Sequence record: MK373782.1
Strand: one strand, 5' to 3'
From: Escherichia phage vB_EcoM_KAW3E185
Length of the DNA: 64,000 nt
In this document: positions 41,247-51,922 of the stretch, one piece after another
How positions within the stretch are numbered: position 1 is the stretch's first letter
Layout: each line of letters opens with the position of its first letter
Program-made: the position numbers and the translations under genes
The notes under the pieces: generated by a model
Told to the model about the DNA's origin: nothing
What the model saw: only the letters and a program-made list of their open reading frames with translations
The model's database searches: none

Positions 41247-41830
41247 TTATATACGCTCTCAGTAATTTCGGTGAGTTCATCGATTCTGTAGTAATGAGAT
41301 TCTACCATAGAACGTTGAAGCATAATATCTTGGACGAAATCTTTATCAAGTTGAACATCGGAATTAACACGACATTTCTTAATGATTTTAGTCATCACGA
41401 TTTCATCGGCATAAGGCAGTGCTTGTTTAAGTAGAGCAGGACCGCCGATAACAGATACATTAACATGTTCAGTAGAAAGTTTAAACGGTACATCAGTTGC
41501 AGGGCTAAACAGGTTAATTTCACCACCTGTTACCAAGGTAATAAATTCAGATTGGGTGATATAGAACCGTGCAAGTTCATCAGTTTTAGTCCTAGGCAGT
41601 TTTCTGGCCATATCAGTGACAACCACATGAGTACGATCTGGGAGTAGACGAGGTAATGATGCAAAAGTCTTAGCACCCATAACCATTACAGTGTTTTTAG
41701 TGCGAGCAACAAAGTTACTCATATCTTGTTTGATATGCTTCCATGGAAGTCTATCACCTAATCCAAAAGCATATTCCAGTTTATCATCAACTGTTTTAGA
41801 TGGTGCGCATGCGAATACTAATTTAAGCAT
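41243..41830 (-). CDS. frd: Dihydrofolate reductase
   Basis: 195 aa, T4 Frd-like. Confidence 0.9.
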   Translation of the reverse strand: MLKLVFACAPSKTVDDKLEYAFGLGDRLPWKHIKQDMSNFVARTKNTVMVMGAKTFASLPRLLPDRTHVVVTDMARKLPRTKTDELARFYITQSEFITLVTGGEINLFSPATDVPFKLSTEHVNVSVIGGPALLKQALPYADEIVMTKIIKKCRVNSDVQLDKDFVQDIMLQRSMVESHYYRIDELTEITESVYK

Positions 41831-42071
41831 TTTTAAGTCCTTTAATAACTTTTTGGATTTGTGATTTAGACGAAACTAGTTCTGTCTGAATTTCCAAACC
41901 ATCGGTTTGGTCAAATGTTGTAACACAAACACGAGGTTTTGTTGTGTATCGTCCAGACAAATCAAATGCATCACCAATGAATTCGGCCAAATCCGGATGG
42001 TCTAAATTAACTGAAGTATAAACTTCATATCCGACATCAGCGCCTTGAGAGTATTCAACAACAACATTCAT
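41823..42071 (-). CDS. Hypothetical protein (frd.1-like)
   Basis: 82-aa ORF. Confidence 0.45.
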   Translation of the reverse strand: MNVVVEYSQGADVGYEVYTSVNLDHPDLAEFIGDAFDLSGRYTTKPRVCVTTFDQTDGLEIQTELVSSKSQIQKVIKGLKNA

Positions 42072-42073
42072 AA

Positions 42074-42322
42074 TTATTTCCTCAGATTTTTCTTAACAAC
42101 TTTCCAATCGGCTTTGAACATTTCAACATCAGAGTGGCAAATCCAGAATCCTGCACTTTCACCATCTTCGTAGAGTGGACATCCATCACATTCTTCGTTC
42201 CAACCCATTTCGCGTAAAGCTTCTTCAGCTTGTTCAAGGAGTTCAGCATCTTTACCAACGATGTTGAAGTACCATTTACCTCTAACTTCCAAATCTTTGA
42301 TGCTCTGGCGTTGCAATCTCAT
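42074..42322 (-). CDS. Hypothetical protein (frd.2-like)
   Basis: 82-aa ORF. Confidence 0.45.
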   Translation of the reverse strand: MRLQRQSIKDLEVRGKWYFNIVGKDAELLEQAEEALREMGWNEECDGCPLYEDGESAGFWICHSDVEMFKADWKVVKKNLRK

Positions 42323-42385
42323 TTTATTCTCCTCTTCACTTTTATTTTATAGGGCTATGTTATAGTAGCCCTATCTTGTTATAAA

Positions 42386-42778
42386 CTACTTTTTAAAAGT
42401 TTTTTGCAAAAGTTTGATGATTTCGTCGACGTTAGTTTCATCTACGATACAATGGATTTTTGTTACACCTAAAGCTATACCTTCGTTAGTAGGTTGAGGC
42501 TTTACTATATCTACCTCAGTAAAGTATTTGAACTCGTCAGGATAAATCTCAAAATAAGTTTCAATTTCACCACCGGCAGAACATACAGTACCATCTTCCA
42601 TAGTTACACTTACTACGTTTGACGTATCGCTATCATAATCAGGTTCCATTCCGTTTACAACAAAACTAGGCCCGTGGAGTTCAATCAATTTTAACATCTT
42701 AGCGTTATTGTGTGGTGCTTCTTGAACAAAGTCATCTTTAAATAAAGGGTTAATGATATAAGATTTTCCGATTTCCAT
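42386..42778 (-). CDS. Hypothetical protein (frd.3-like)
   Basis: 130-aa ORF with early promoter upstream. Confidence 0.45.
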   Translation of the reverse strand: MEIGKSYIINPLFKDDFVQEAPHNNAKMLKLIELHGPSFVVNGMEPDYDSDTSNVVSVTMEDGTVCSAGGEIETYFEIYPDEFKYFTEVDIVKPQPTNEGIALGVTKIHCIVDETNVDEIIKLLQKTFKK

Positions 42779-42807
42779 TTTGATTTCCTCATGTTGTTGA
42801 TAGGTCT

Positions 42808-42836
42808 ATACTAACACATCCAGGGAAGAAGTAAAC
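42808..42836 (-). promoter_or_regulatory. Early promoter (GTTTAC-17-TAGTAT)
   Basis: Consensus match. Confidence 0.5.
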
Positions 42837-42855
42837 AACTTTTTCGGCAATTTAC

Positions 42856-42885
42856 AGATACTCAAAAGGGAGACCGAAGTCTCCC
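42856..42885 (-). terminator. CUUCGG tetraloop terminator downstream of gene 32
   Basis: gggagac-cgaa-gtctccc; minus transcript has a UUCG loop followed by UUUU. Confidence 0.6.
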
Positions 42886-42891
42886 AATTTA

Positions 42892-43794
42892 TTATAAACC
42901 AGCTAACAGGTCATCGAGGTCGCCATCATCAGAGGATGAGGTAGAGCTCATGAAGTCATCTTCAGTTTTTGCAGAACTAAAGGCTTCCATGTCTTTATCA
43001 AAATCGTCAAGGTCAGAAGCAACTTTATCTGCAACAGAAGCTGCTGCGGCTGCTGCACCACCAAGAGCGGCAGTACCAAGAACCTTAGCGAAAGATTCAT
43101 TTAATTTTTCAAAGGATTTGAACTGGTCTTTAGCCGTCAAAGTAGTAAGGTCTACCATCTGGTCATATAGTTCTTTCTGGAATGCTTCATCATTAATACG
43201 AGGAATTTCAGATTGACCCAAGAATTTAGATTCGTCATAGTTGCTAAAACCGGAAACCTGCTTAGCTTTCAGAACGAAGTTGGCACCTTCAAACGGACAA
43301 GTAACATCAACTGGAGTTTCACCCATTTCGGTATCAACAGCAATCATTGCATTGATTTTGTCCCAAATCTTTTTACCGAAACGATATTTAAATACTTTAC
43401 CTTCGTTATCTGGAGCTTGAGGGTCTTTAACAACCAGAATATTAGCCCAATAAGAAGTTTTACGTTTCAGTTGAGAATATTCATTTTTGTTGGTATTGTA
43501 CAGGTCATTTTTACTAATGTACTGACATACAGGACAAGAGTCATAATCACCGTGTGTAGAAGAGCAATTTTCAATATACCATTTACCATTTTTCTTGAAA
43601 CCGTGGTTAACAAGAATTGCAAATGGTAGTGCATCATCAGTTTTTGCTGGCAAGAAACGAATTACCGCTTGACCATTACCGGATGCATCTAGCTTCAGCT
43701 TCCATTCGCCTTTATCTTCTGAAGAGAAACCTTTGTTACCATTCAGTTTAGCCATTTGAGCAGCGAGGTCAGCAGTAGATTTACGTTTAAACAT
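42892..43794 (-). CDS. 32: Single-stranded DNA-binding protein gp32
   Basis: 300 aa, near-identical to T4 gp32 including acidic C-terminus. Confidence 0.95.
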   Translation of the reverse strand: MFKRKSTADLAAQMAKLNGNKGFSSEDKGEWKLKLDASGNGQAVIRFLPAKTDDALPFAILVNHGFKKNGKWYIENCSSTHGDYDSCPVCQYISKNDLYNTNKNEYSQLKRKTSYWANILVVKDPQAPDNEGKVFKYRFGKKIWDKINAMIAVDTEMGETPVDVTCPFEGANFVLKAKQVSGFSNYDESKFLGQSEIPRINDEAFQKELYDQMVDLTTLTAKDQFKSFEKLNESFAKVLGTAALGGAAAAAASVADKVASDLDDFDKDMEAFSSAKTEDDFMSSTSSSDDGDLDDLLAGL

Positions 43795-43873
43795 TATATT
43801 TACCTTTATTTAGATTATTTAATTTATTTACAGTTGGTTGCTACGACACTTATACCTCGTAGCTGGTATGTTT
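43795..43873 (-). promoter_or_regulatory. Gene 32 translational operator / 5' leader
   Basis: Leader reads …UAAAUAAAUUAAAUAAUCUAAAUAAAGGUAAAUAUA-AUG, the A/U-rich repeated UUAAA-type tract known as the gp32 autoregulatory site. Confidence 0.55.
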
Positions 43874-43881
43874 TATTTATA
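43874..43881 (-). promoter_or_regulatory. Late promoter (TATAAATA on minus strand) for gene 32
   Basis: Plus strand tatttata. Confidence 0.5.
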
Positions 43882-43910
43882 TGGTAATTCTAACACAGAT
43901 AAAATAAAGC

Positions 43911-44564
43911 TTAATACTTACATGATTTGATTGTTTCTATGAACAATTTCTTAGCAGCATTTCCATCGATTTGAAGTATTTTTCGATATGCCTTTAATTT
44001 GGTAGAATAATTTTGCCAAACTAAGTTATCGGTGAGTTCGTCGTGCTTATCTATAATATTCAAAAATGAGTCCAACAATAAGAAAGTCTCAAATGAAATT
44101 ATATTGCTTTGTAGCAATTTGAATATGTAGCTCGACTGAACGTTGTTATTATAATCAAATATCTCTTGAAGCGCACTAACTTCAACTTTCTTACTGAAAT
44201 AGTAGATGTTACGTACGTCTTCAGCAAACGACTCTTTAGCTTGTTTGAGACGTCCAATATATTCCCTATAGAAAACTAATGCATCAGCGTCCGATATCTC
44301 ACCAATCCATGCGTCTTGGTTAGCAACTAAGTTGCTTATGAATATCAAGGTGAGTTCCTTCAATTTATATTTCTCTGCTAGTTTTTCAAAGAAATATTTA
44401 TCTCGGCGTTTTTGATACGCATTATCAGAAACACGCATGCACCAGTTATATTTGATTACGTCATACCGACCACCAAAGTGGTTTTTGCACATCAAGTATA
44501 GTTTATATACTGATTTACCATTAATATAACGTTCTCCGTCAGGAGGCATACGTATTTTAATCAT
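43911..44564 (-). CDS. 59: Helicase loader gp59
   Basis: 217 aa. Confidence 0.9.
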   Translation of the reverse strand: MIKIRMPPDGERYINGKSVYKLYLMCKNHFGGRYDVIKYNWCMRVSDNAYQKRRDKYFFEKLAEKYKLKELTLIFISNLVANQDAWIGEISDADALVFYREYIGRLKQAKESFAEDVRNIYYFSKKVEVSALQEIFDYNNNVQSSYIFKLLQSNIISFETFLLLDSFLNIIDKHDELTDNLVWQNYSTKLKAYRKILQIDGNAAKKLFIETIKSCKY

Positions 44565-44899
44565 AATAAGAAATCTAACGTATTAGTTTTTTCACCACGA
44601 GCAACTGATGGGCGAAGCATGTTTTCGTCAATTGCTTCGCTTGTAATTTTTTCAACAATTCCTGTAGGAATAAATTTAGCAAATTGTGTTTCTGGAATAG
44701 AATTTTCTTCCAAGAAAGCAGTTGTTGCTTCTAAATAAGACATACCAAATTGTTCAACCATGGATTCGATAATGAATCCGTTTTCTTGTCGGTCAAGCAA
44801 TTTAGCGATATCATCTTTATCATGTTTTACTGCTAATTCTTGTTCAGATAAACCGGCCTCATCAACCGGTTTAATATCACTTAGTGAAAACTGTGTCAT
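44561..44899 (-). CDS. 33: Late transcription co-activator gp33
   Basis: 112 aa. Confidence 0.85.
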   Translation of the reverse strand: MTQFSLSDIKPVDEAGLSEQELAVKHDKDDIAKLLDRQENGFIIESMVEQFGMSYLEATTAFLEENSIPETQFAKFIPTGIVEKITSEAIDENMLRPSVARGEKTNTLDFLL

Positions 44900-45146
44900 A
44901 AAGCTCGACTACCTCTTCATTTTCAGCTTCAAATTGGTCACGAGCGTCTTTATGATAAAGAGCTAACAAACGATTAAACATTTTTCCATCGACACCAAGC
45001 TCTTCTTTAGCACGAGTACGAATGTCTTTAATCAGTTCATTATAACCAGAAATTTTAAGTTTGTTATCGGAAGCTTCCTTGACTAGTTTAGCCAGTTCTT
45101 CACCATGCACATCTTGATTAAATTCAACTGCTTCTTTCTTAGCCAT
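44877..45146 (-). CDS. dsbA: Double-stranded DNA-binding protein DsbA
   Basis: 89 aa from MAKKEAVEF (T4 DsbA start); the ORF-track version is extended by 6 aa. Confidence 0.75.
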   Translation of the reverse strand: MAKKEAVEFNQDVHGEELAKLVKEASDNKLKISGYNELIKDIRTRAKEELGVDGKMFNRLLALYHKDARDQFEAENEEVVELYDTVFTK

Positions 45147-45153
45147 GTTTACC

Positions 45154-46071
45154 TCAGAATTCATTAATTACACTTGTTAATTTAGAAAGACCAGATTTTA
45201 CAAAATATGAATAAATCTTGCCTTTAGGTTGTTGTTTATATGAGTTATAATACTCTATAATGGTTGAAGCAATATTATCAGGGATATAATCGAAATCAAT
45301 GAGAACCAAATTTTCTTGATACCGTTTATATTCTTCTGCACTTAATAATACTTCAGCTTGAGAACGGTCATTAGCAATTGCTTCAATAATCGTTGTTTTC
45401 ATGCTCGGAGTTCGTTCACCATCAACTCTGGTAAACCAGAAGTCGCCACGAACTCGAACAGATGCAACACCATCCTTACGGTCACCTTTAAGAATTTTAG
45501 TCATGCAATCAATTTCAGCAGAACCGTTCTTAATTTTAACCCATTTTTTCTGTGGTGGCGACCACTGTTTGACATTAGGGTATTTGTGTAATTGTGTAAA
45601 GTCACCATCTGATGCAACAATACATACTTTATGTCCAGCTAATGACAAATATTTAGTTAATACACCGATATGGTCATCCGCTTCATACTTGTCAATATCC
45701 ATTACAACGTATGGCATGTATTTCTTAATCTCATCAACAACTTGATGGAGTGCAGTAAAATATCCTTCCCAATCCCACTTTGAAGCTTCACGATCTGTTT
45801 TACGATTTTTCTTGTAATAGTAAGCAAAATCACGTCGCCAATAACCTGAAGTAGCATTATCCATACACAATACAAATTTTGTATAGCCTTGCTTACGGAA
45901 CATCACTACGTTTTTACGAATTGAGTTCAAGATTACATGTCGAACCATTGGAACAGTAATTTTATCGCCGTCTTCAAAGTTGTTTAATGCGGCTGCCAAT
46001 GCAATGTTACTAAAGTCGGCAAGTGCAATACCTTCTTTGTAATCTTCATCCAACATCATTTCTAAATCCAT
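45154..46071 (-). CDS. rnh: RNase H / 5'-3' exonuclease
   Basis: 305 aa, near-identical to T4 RNase H. Confidence 0.9.
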   Translation of the reverse strand: MDLEMMLDEDYKEGIALADFSNIALAAALNNFEDGDKITVPMVRHVILNSIRKNVVMFRKQGYTKFVLCMDNATSGYWRRDFAYYYKKNRKTDREASKWDWEGYFTALHQVVDEIKKYMPYVVMDIDKYEADDHIGVLTKYLSLAGHKVCIVASDGDFTQLHKYPNVKQWSPPQKKWVKIKNGSAEIDCMTKILKGDRKDGVASVRVRGDFWFTRVDGERTPSMKTTIIEAIANDRSQAEVLLSAEEYKRYQENLVLIDFDYIPDNIASTIIEYYNSYKQQPKGKIYSYFVKSGLSKLTSVINEF

Positions 46072-46103
46072 ATGAACCTCTTGTTCAGTTAGTCAACTTG
46101 TCT

Positions 46104-46133
46104 ATAGTAACACACTCATTTGAAAGCGTAAAC
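46104..46133 (-). promoter_or_regulatory. Early promoter (GTTTAC-18-TACTAT) for rnh
   Basis: Consensus match. Confidence 0.5.
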
Positions 46134-46136
46134 TGG

Positions 46137-46144
46137 TATAAATA
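46137..46144 (+). promoter_or_regulatory. Late promoter TATAAATA for gene 34
   Basis: Exact TATAAATA about 30 nt upstream of gene 34 ATG. Confidence 0.65.
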
Positions 46145-46174
46145 AGTATTATTGAAACAATAAAGGAAAAACGA

Positions 46175-49100
46175 ATGGCCGACATCAAACGTAAGTTCAG
46201 AGCCGAAGACGGTCTGGACGCCGGTGGCGACAAGATTGTTAACGTAGCATTAGCCGACCGTACAGTAGGTACTGATGGCGTAAACGTTGACTTCCTGGTA
46301 CAAGAAAACACCGTTCAAGTATATGATTCTACGCGTGGATATAACAAAGGATTTGTTGTTCTTTATGACAACCGTTTATATCAAGCAATAAATGATATCG
46401 TGTCTCCTTCCGGGGCATTTAACCTTTTACAATGGCGTGCAGTTCGTACCGATGCACAATGGATAACTGTCGCTTCTGGGACTTATCAACTTTCTTCAGG
46501 TGAATCTATTTCGGTTAACACTGGTGCCGGCAATGATATGGTTTTCACGTTGCCGAATACGCCGGTTGATGGCGATACTGTTGTTTTGGCTGATATTGGC
46601 GGAAGAACCGGAACAGTTAAAGTACAGATTAACGCGTCTGTGCAGAGTATTTTAAACTTTAGAGGTGAACAAGTTCGTACAGTTTTAATGACGCGTCCGC
46701 GTTCACAACTATTGTTTGTGTTTAGTAATCGTTTGTGGCAGATGTATATTATCGATTATGGTAAAGAATCAATCACTGTTACACCTGCGACACCATATCA
46801 AGCACAAGCAAATGATTTTATCGTTCGTCGTTTTACTAGTGCAGCACCAATCAACATTACACTTCCACGTAATGCCAACAATGGTGATATAATCCACCTA
46901 GTTGATTTAGATAAATTAAACCCACTGTATCATACAATTGTTAAAACATTTGATGATACAACGTCTATTGGTGAAGTCGGGACTCATATTGCCGAAGGCA
47001 GAAATGACTCTGACGCGTTTTTTGTTTTTGATGCTGCGAATAGTTTATGGCGTATATGGGAAGGCGACCAGAAATCGCGTCTTCGTATTATCCGTGCGGA
47101 TTCAAACATTCGTCCAAATGAAGAAGTTCTTATTTTTGGCACAAATAACGCTACAGCCGGAACTATTAATCTTACGCTGCCTACCGGAATTTTGAGTGGT
47201 GACACTGTTAAAATTTCAATGAACTACATGCGTAAAGGCCAAACAGTAAAAATTAAAGCTGCCGAAGGTGATACAATTGCTTCTTCTGTTGCATTGCTTC
47301 AGTTCCCTAAACGTTCTGAATATCCACCTGATGCTCAATGGGTCTCTGTTACTGAACTAGAATTCAATGGCACTACTTCATATGTTCCTGTATTAGAATT
47401 AGCGTATATCGAAGACACCGTTGCTGGTACACGTTATTGGGTTGTGCAACAGAATGTCCCTACGGTAGAACGTGTTGATGCTGGATCTGATGCTACACGA
47501 GCTCGTTTAGGTGTTATTGCTCTTGCTACTCAAGCGCAAGCAAATGTTGATTTAGAGAATACTCCAGCTAAAGAAGTGGCTATTACTCCTGAAACGTTGG
47601 CAAATCGTACAGCAACTGAAGCTCGACGTGGTATCGCTAAAATTGCTACAACAGCACAAGTTAATCAGAATTCCACAGCATCATTTGTGGACGATACTAT
47701 TGTTACGCCTAAAAAACTAAATGAGCGTACAGCAACTGAAACTCGTCGCGGTCTTGCTGAAATTGCTACTCAGGCCGAAACCGATGCTGGTCTTGATGAC
47801 ACAACGATTATTACACCTAAGAAATTGCAGGCACGTCAGGGTTCTGAAACACTATCTGGTATAGTTAAATATGTATCAACTACTTCTGCTACTCCTGCTG
47901 AAACTCGTGGGGCCGCAGGCACTAACATTTATAATAAAACCGTAAATAATTTAACTATTTCTCCTAAAGCCCTTGACCAATATAAAGCAACTTATGCTCA
48001 ACAAGGTGCAGTAATTTTAGCTGTTGATAGTGAAGTAATTGCTGGTCAATCCCAAGCAGGTTATTCTCACGCTGTAGTAACTCCTGAAACACTACATAAG
48101 AAAACTTCTACTGATGGACGTATTGGTTTAATTGAAATTGCTACGCAAGCAGAAACTAATGCTGGGACTGATTATACACGTGCAGTAACGCCTAAGACGT
48201 TAAATGATAGGAGAGCGACGGAAGGATTATCCGGCATAGCCGAACTTGCTACGCAAGTCGAATTTGATACTGGAACTGATGATACTCGTATCTCGACTCC
48301 ACTGAAAATTAAAACTCATTTTGATTCTTCTGACCGTACCAGTGTTAATTCTGATTCCGGACTTATTGAAGAAGGAACCTTGTGGAACCATTATACTCTT
48401 GATATTTCTAAAGCAAATGAAACACAACGTGGTACACTTCGCGTAGCGACCCAGGCAGAATCTAATGCAGGAACTTTAGATGATGTTCTTATTACTCCTA
48501 AAAAGCTTTTAGGGACTAAGTCCACTGAAACGTCTGAAGGCGTAATTAAGGTTGCTACTCAGGCTGAAACTGTAACAGGAACTTCTGCTAATACTGCTGT
48601 ATCTCCTAAGAATTTAAAATGGATTGTCCAGAACGAACCAACATGGGCTGCTACTACAGCAATTCGCGGATTCGTTAAAACTTCATCCGGTTCTATTACA
48701 TTCGTTGGTAATGATACAGTTGGTTCAACACAACCTTTAGAATCATATGAAAAAAATAGCTATGCTATATCTCCATATGAATTAAACCGTGTACTTGCTA
48801 ACTATTTGCCATTGAAAGCTAAAGCCGTAGATAGTAATTTATTAGATGGCCTAGATTCATCTCAGTTCATTCGTAGGGATATTGCACAGACGGTTAATGG
48901 TTCACTAACCTTAACCCAACAAACGAATCTGAGTGCCCCTCTTGTATCATCTAGTACTGCTACGTTTGGTGGTTCAGTTTCGGCAAATAGTACATTAAGT
49001 ATTTCTAATACTGGAACGGCAACTCGTCTGATTTTTGAGAAAGGACCTCAAACTGGAACTAACCCAGCACAGACGATGACTATCAGAGTTTGGGGAAATC

Positions 49101-50050
49101 AGTTTGGTGGCGGATCAGATACAACACGTTCTACTGTATTTGAAGTTGGTGATGAAACGTCTAATCATTTTTATTCTCAACGTAATAAAGATGGGAATAT
49201 AGCGTTTAGCATTAATGGTACTGTAATGCCAATAAACATTAATGCTTCCGGTTTGATGAATGTTAATGGCGTTGCAACATTTGGTCGTTCAGTCACAGCC
49301 AATGGTGAATTCATTAGCAAGTCTGCAAATGCTTTCAGAGCAATTAGCGGTGATTACGGATTCTTTATTCGTAATGATGCTGTTAATACCTATTTTATGC
49401 TTACTGCATCAGGTGATCAGACCGGTGGATTTAATGGATTACGTCCTTTGGCTATTAATAATGCATCTGGCCGAGTAACGATTGGTGAAGGCTTAATCAT
49501 TGCCAAAGGTGCTACTATAAATTCAGGTGGTTTAACTGTTAACTCGAGAATTCGTTCTCAGGGTTCTAAAACATCTGATTTATATACCCGGGCGCCAACA
49601 TCTGATACCGTAGGATTCTGGTCAATCGATATTAACGATTCAGCCACTTATAACCAGTTCCCGGGTTATTTTAAAATGGTTGAAAAAACTAATGAAGTGA
49701 CTGGGCTTCCATACTTAGAACGTGGCGAAGAAGTTAAATCTCCTGGTACATTGACTCAGTTTGGTAATACACTTGATTCGCTTTACCAAGATTGGATTAC
49801 TTATCCAACAACTCCAGAGGCACGTACAACCCGTTGGACACGTACATGGCAGAAAACTAAAAATTCTTGGTCAAGTTTTGTTCAGGTATTTGATGGTGGA
49901 AACCCTCCTCAACCTTCTGATATTGGTGCTTTACCTTCTGATAATGCAACAATCGGAAACTTGACAATAAGGGATTTCTTAAGGATTGGTAATGTCCGCA
50001 TTATTCCAGACCCTGTGAATAAATCTGTTAAATTTGAGTGGATTGAATAA
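46175..50050 (+). CDS. 34: Long tail fibre proximal subunit gp34
   Basis: 1291 aa (T4 gp34 is about 1289 aa). Confidence 0.95.
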   Translation: MADIKRKFRAEDGLDAGGDKIVNVALADRTVGTDGVNVDFLVQENTVQVYDSTRGYNKGFVVLYDNRLYQAINDIVSPSGAFNLLQWRAVRTDAQWITVASGTYQLSSGESISVNTGAGNDMVFTLPNTPVDGDTVVLADIGGRTGTVKVQINASVQSILNFRGEQVRTVLMTRPRSQLLFVFSNRLWQMYIIDYGKESITVTPATPYQAQANDFIVRRFTSAAPINITLPRNANNGDIIHLVDLDKLNPLYHTIVKTFDDTTSIGEVGTHIAEGRNDSDAFFVFDAANSLWRIWEGDQKSRLRIIRADSNIRPNEEVLIFGTNNATAGTINLTLPTGILSGDTVKISMNYMRKGQTVKIKAAEGDTIASSVALLQFPKRSEYPPDAQWVSVTELEFNGTTSYVPVLELAYIEDTVAGTRYWVVQQNVPTVERVDAGSDATRARLGVIALATQAQANVDLENTPAKEVAITPETLANRTATEARRGIAKIATTAQVNQNSTASFVDDTIVTPKKLNERTATETRRGLAEIATQAETDAGLDDTTIITPKKLQARQGSETLSGIVKYVSTTSATPAETRGAAGTNIYNKTVNNLTISPKALDQYKATYAQQGAVILAVDSEVIAGQSQAGYSHAVVTPETLHKKTSTDGRIGLIEIATQAETNAGTDYTRAVTPKTLNDRRATEGLSGIAELATQVEFDTGTDDTRISTPLKIKTHFDSSDRTSVNSDSGLIEEGTLWNHYTLDISKANETQRGTLRVATQAESNAGTLDDVLITPKKLLGTKSTETSEGVIKVATQAETVTGTSANTAVSPKNLKWIVQNEPTWAATTAIRGFVKTSSGSITFVGNDTVGSTQPLESYEKNSYAISPYELNRVLANYLPLKAKAVDSNLLDGLDSSQFIRRDIAQTVNGSLTLTQQTNLSAPLVSSSTATFGGSVSANSTLSISNTGTATRLIFEKGPQTGTNPAQTMTIRVWGNQFGGGSDTTRSTVFEVGDETSNHFYSQRNKDGNIAFSINGTVMPININASGLMNVNGVATFGRSVTANGEFISKSANAFRAISGDYGFFIRNDAVNTYFMLTASGDQTGGFNGLRPLAINNASGRVTIGEGLIIAKGATINSGGLTVNSRIRSQGSKTSDLYTRAPTSDTVGFWSIDINDSATYNQFPGYFKMVEKTNEVTGLPYLERGEEVKSPGTLTQFGNTLDSLYQDWITYPTTPEARTTRWTRTWQKTKNSWSSFVQVFDGGNPPQPSDIGALPSDNATIGNLTIRDFLRIGNVRIIPDPVNKSVKFEWIE

Positions 50051-50058
50051 GAGGTATT

Positions 50059-51186
50059 ATGGAAAAATTTATGGCTAAGTTTGGACAAGGATACGTCCAA
50101 ACGCCATTTTTATCGGAAAGCAATTCAGTACGATTTAAATTAAGCATAGCGGGCTCTTGTCCGCTATCAACATCTCCTACTTATATTAAGTTCCAAGATA
50201 ATCCACTTGGGTCCCAGGTTTTTTCCGTTGGATTAAACGTTCGTGTAATAAATCCTACAACAGGTGCAGTAGTTGAATCTAAGACATATAATTTCTCTAC
50301 TGAAAACGACGCCACGTCAAGTGCATTTGTTACTTTCATGGACACGTATGCTTCAAATTTTATATTTGCTCTTGTTACTAATGCTAAAACAAACTTTCCA
50401 CCCGAAGTTCTTGCATGGTTTACTAAAGCTGGGAGTTCTGCTATTCCATTAGCTCAACAAGTTTTAAATATAGTTGACATTTCTTATTCGGCATTTTATA
50501 TTTCTGGTAAGAACGCTATAGCACTAGAACATATTAAGTATAGTAATAAGAAAACTTCAACCGACTATAGTACACCACTTGATGTTGTGTACGACACTAT
50601 CGATGATATTGGTGCTACCGGCTTCCCTAGTCGTACGTATGAATCGTCAGACACATTTTTATCTGCCGTTGGAGGTACTAATAATGAAATTAAAAGGATG
50701 CCTACAACGTCCATTATTACACCTCTCGCTGGGTATAAATTGAAGCCTGGAGATTTCCTTTATACGAAATTCCAACTAATGGCCGATGCCGATTTGTTAG
50801 CACAAGGGACGACACGACTTTCTATTCGTTTCTTTAAATCTCCTTCTACTTCACCTATTTCATTTAAGGATACAAACTTTGATGGGGCTGCAGGTGAATG
50901 GAAGATATATGAAGACTACATAGAAATTCCTGCTGGTGCTGACGGGTTCACGATTTATTGTTATCGTACAGCTCCAGTCGGGCAAGGTGGATTAAGAAAC
51001 GTTATATTCACTGAAGTATCATGTAATGGAAGCGTTTCAAAACCTGCTGAGTTTGGTATAAATGGTATTCGTGTAAATTATGTTTCAGAATCTTTAAGTG
51101 CTCCAGACATAATGACATTACCTACTCAATCTTCAACTTATACCGGTAAGGTATTTGGACAAGAATTTAAAGAAGCATCAGAATAA
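50059..51186 (+). CDS. 35: Long tail fibre hinge connector gp35
   Basis: 375 aa. Confidence 0.9.
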   Translation: MEKFMAKFGQGYVQTPFLSESNSVRFKLSIAGSCPLSTSPTYIKFQDNPLGSQVFSVGLNVRVINPTTGAVVESKTYNFSTENDATSSAFVTFMDTYASNFIFALVTNAKTNFPPEVLAWFTKAGSSAIPLAQQVLNIVDISYSAFYISGKNAIALEHIKYSNKKTSTDYSTPLDVVYDTIDDIGATGFPSRTYESSDTFLSAVGGTNNEIKRMPTTSIITPLAGYKLKPGDFLYTKFQLMADADLLAQGTTRLSIRFFKSPSTSPISFKDTNFDGAAGEWKIYEDYIEIPAGADGFTIYCYRTAPVGQGGLRNVIFTEVSCNGSVSKPAEFGINGIRVNYVSESLSAPDIMTLPTQSSTYTGKVFGQEFKEASE

Positions 51187-51191
51187 ATTTA

Positions 51192-51216
51192 GGGAGACTT
51201 CGGTCTCCCATTTTTG
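51192..51216 (+). terminator. Terminator hairpin after gene 35
   Basis: gggagac-ttcg-gtctccc followed by atttttg. Confidence 0.55.
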
Positions 51217-51224
51217 TATAAATA
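51217..51224 (+). promoter_or_regulatory. Late promoter TATAAATA for gene 36
   Basis: Exact TATAAATA 25 nt upstream of gene 36 ATG. Confidence 0.65.
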
Positions 51225-51248
51225 TGGTATACATATAAGGAGACAACT

Positions 51249-51914
51249 ATGGCCGATTTAAAAGCTGGTAGTACAACTGGCGGTGCCGTTATATGGCATC
51301 AAGGTAATTTCCCTTTAATGCCAGCAGGTGATGACGTCCTGTATAAAACGTTTAAACTCTATTCAGAATATAATAAACCACAAGCTGCCGATAACGATTT
51401 CGTTTCTAAAGCTAATGGTGGTACTTATGCATCAAAGGTAACATTTAACAGCGGTGTTCAAATACCATATGCTATAAACAATACAAATCAATCTGGTATT
51501 TATCCTGGTAATGGAGATGCAGCTACTTTTGTTACAGCAAATATTGATATTGTTTCGTGGTATGGTATTGGTTTTAAATCATCACAAGGAACAGCGGGTA
51601 GAACTGTAGTAATCAATACACGTAATGGCGATATTAATACAAAGGGCGTTGTATCTGCTTCAGGACAAGTAAGAAGCGATATGACTGCTCCGGTTGCAGC
51701 AAATGATCTCACAAGAAAAGATTATGTTGATGGAAGAATAAATATTGTTACGGATAACGCAAATTCCCGTGTATTGCGTAAAGGCGATACCATGACTGGT
51801 ACTTTAACAGCACCAAACTTTTTCTCACAGAATCCGGCGTCTGAGGCTAATCATGTTCCTCGTTTCGACCAGATTGTAATTAAAGATTCTGTTCAAGATT
51901 TCGGCTATTATTAA
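51249..51914 (+). CDS. 36: Long tail fibre distal connector gp36
   Basis: 221 aa. Confidence 0.9.
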   Translation: MADLKAGSTTGGAVIWHQGNFPLMPAGDDVLYKTFKLYSEYNKPQAADNDFVSKANGGTYASKVTFNSGVQIPYAINNTNQSGIYPGNGDAATFVTANIDIVSWYGIGFKSSQGTAGRTVVINTRNGDINTKGVVSASGQVRSDMTAPVAANDLTRKDYVDGRINIVTDNANSRVLRKGDTMTGTLTAPNFFSQNPASEANHVPRFDQIVIKDSVQDFGYY

Positions 51915-51922
51915 GAGGACTT

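Noticed and set aside
46938-50100. Short ORFs inside or antisense to gene 34 (46938-47195, 46984-47205, 48227-48427, 49260-49478, 49761-49964, 49909-50100) and similar ones in gene 37 (52718-53155)
   Set aside because: Embedded in long, well-supported tail fibre genes; no RBS or promoter context.
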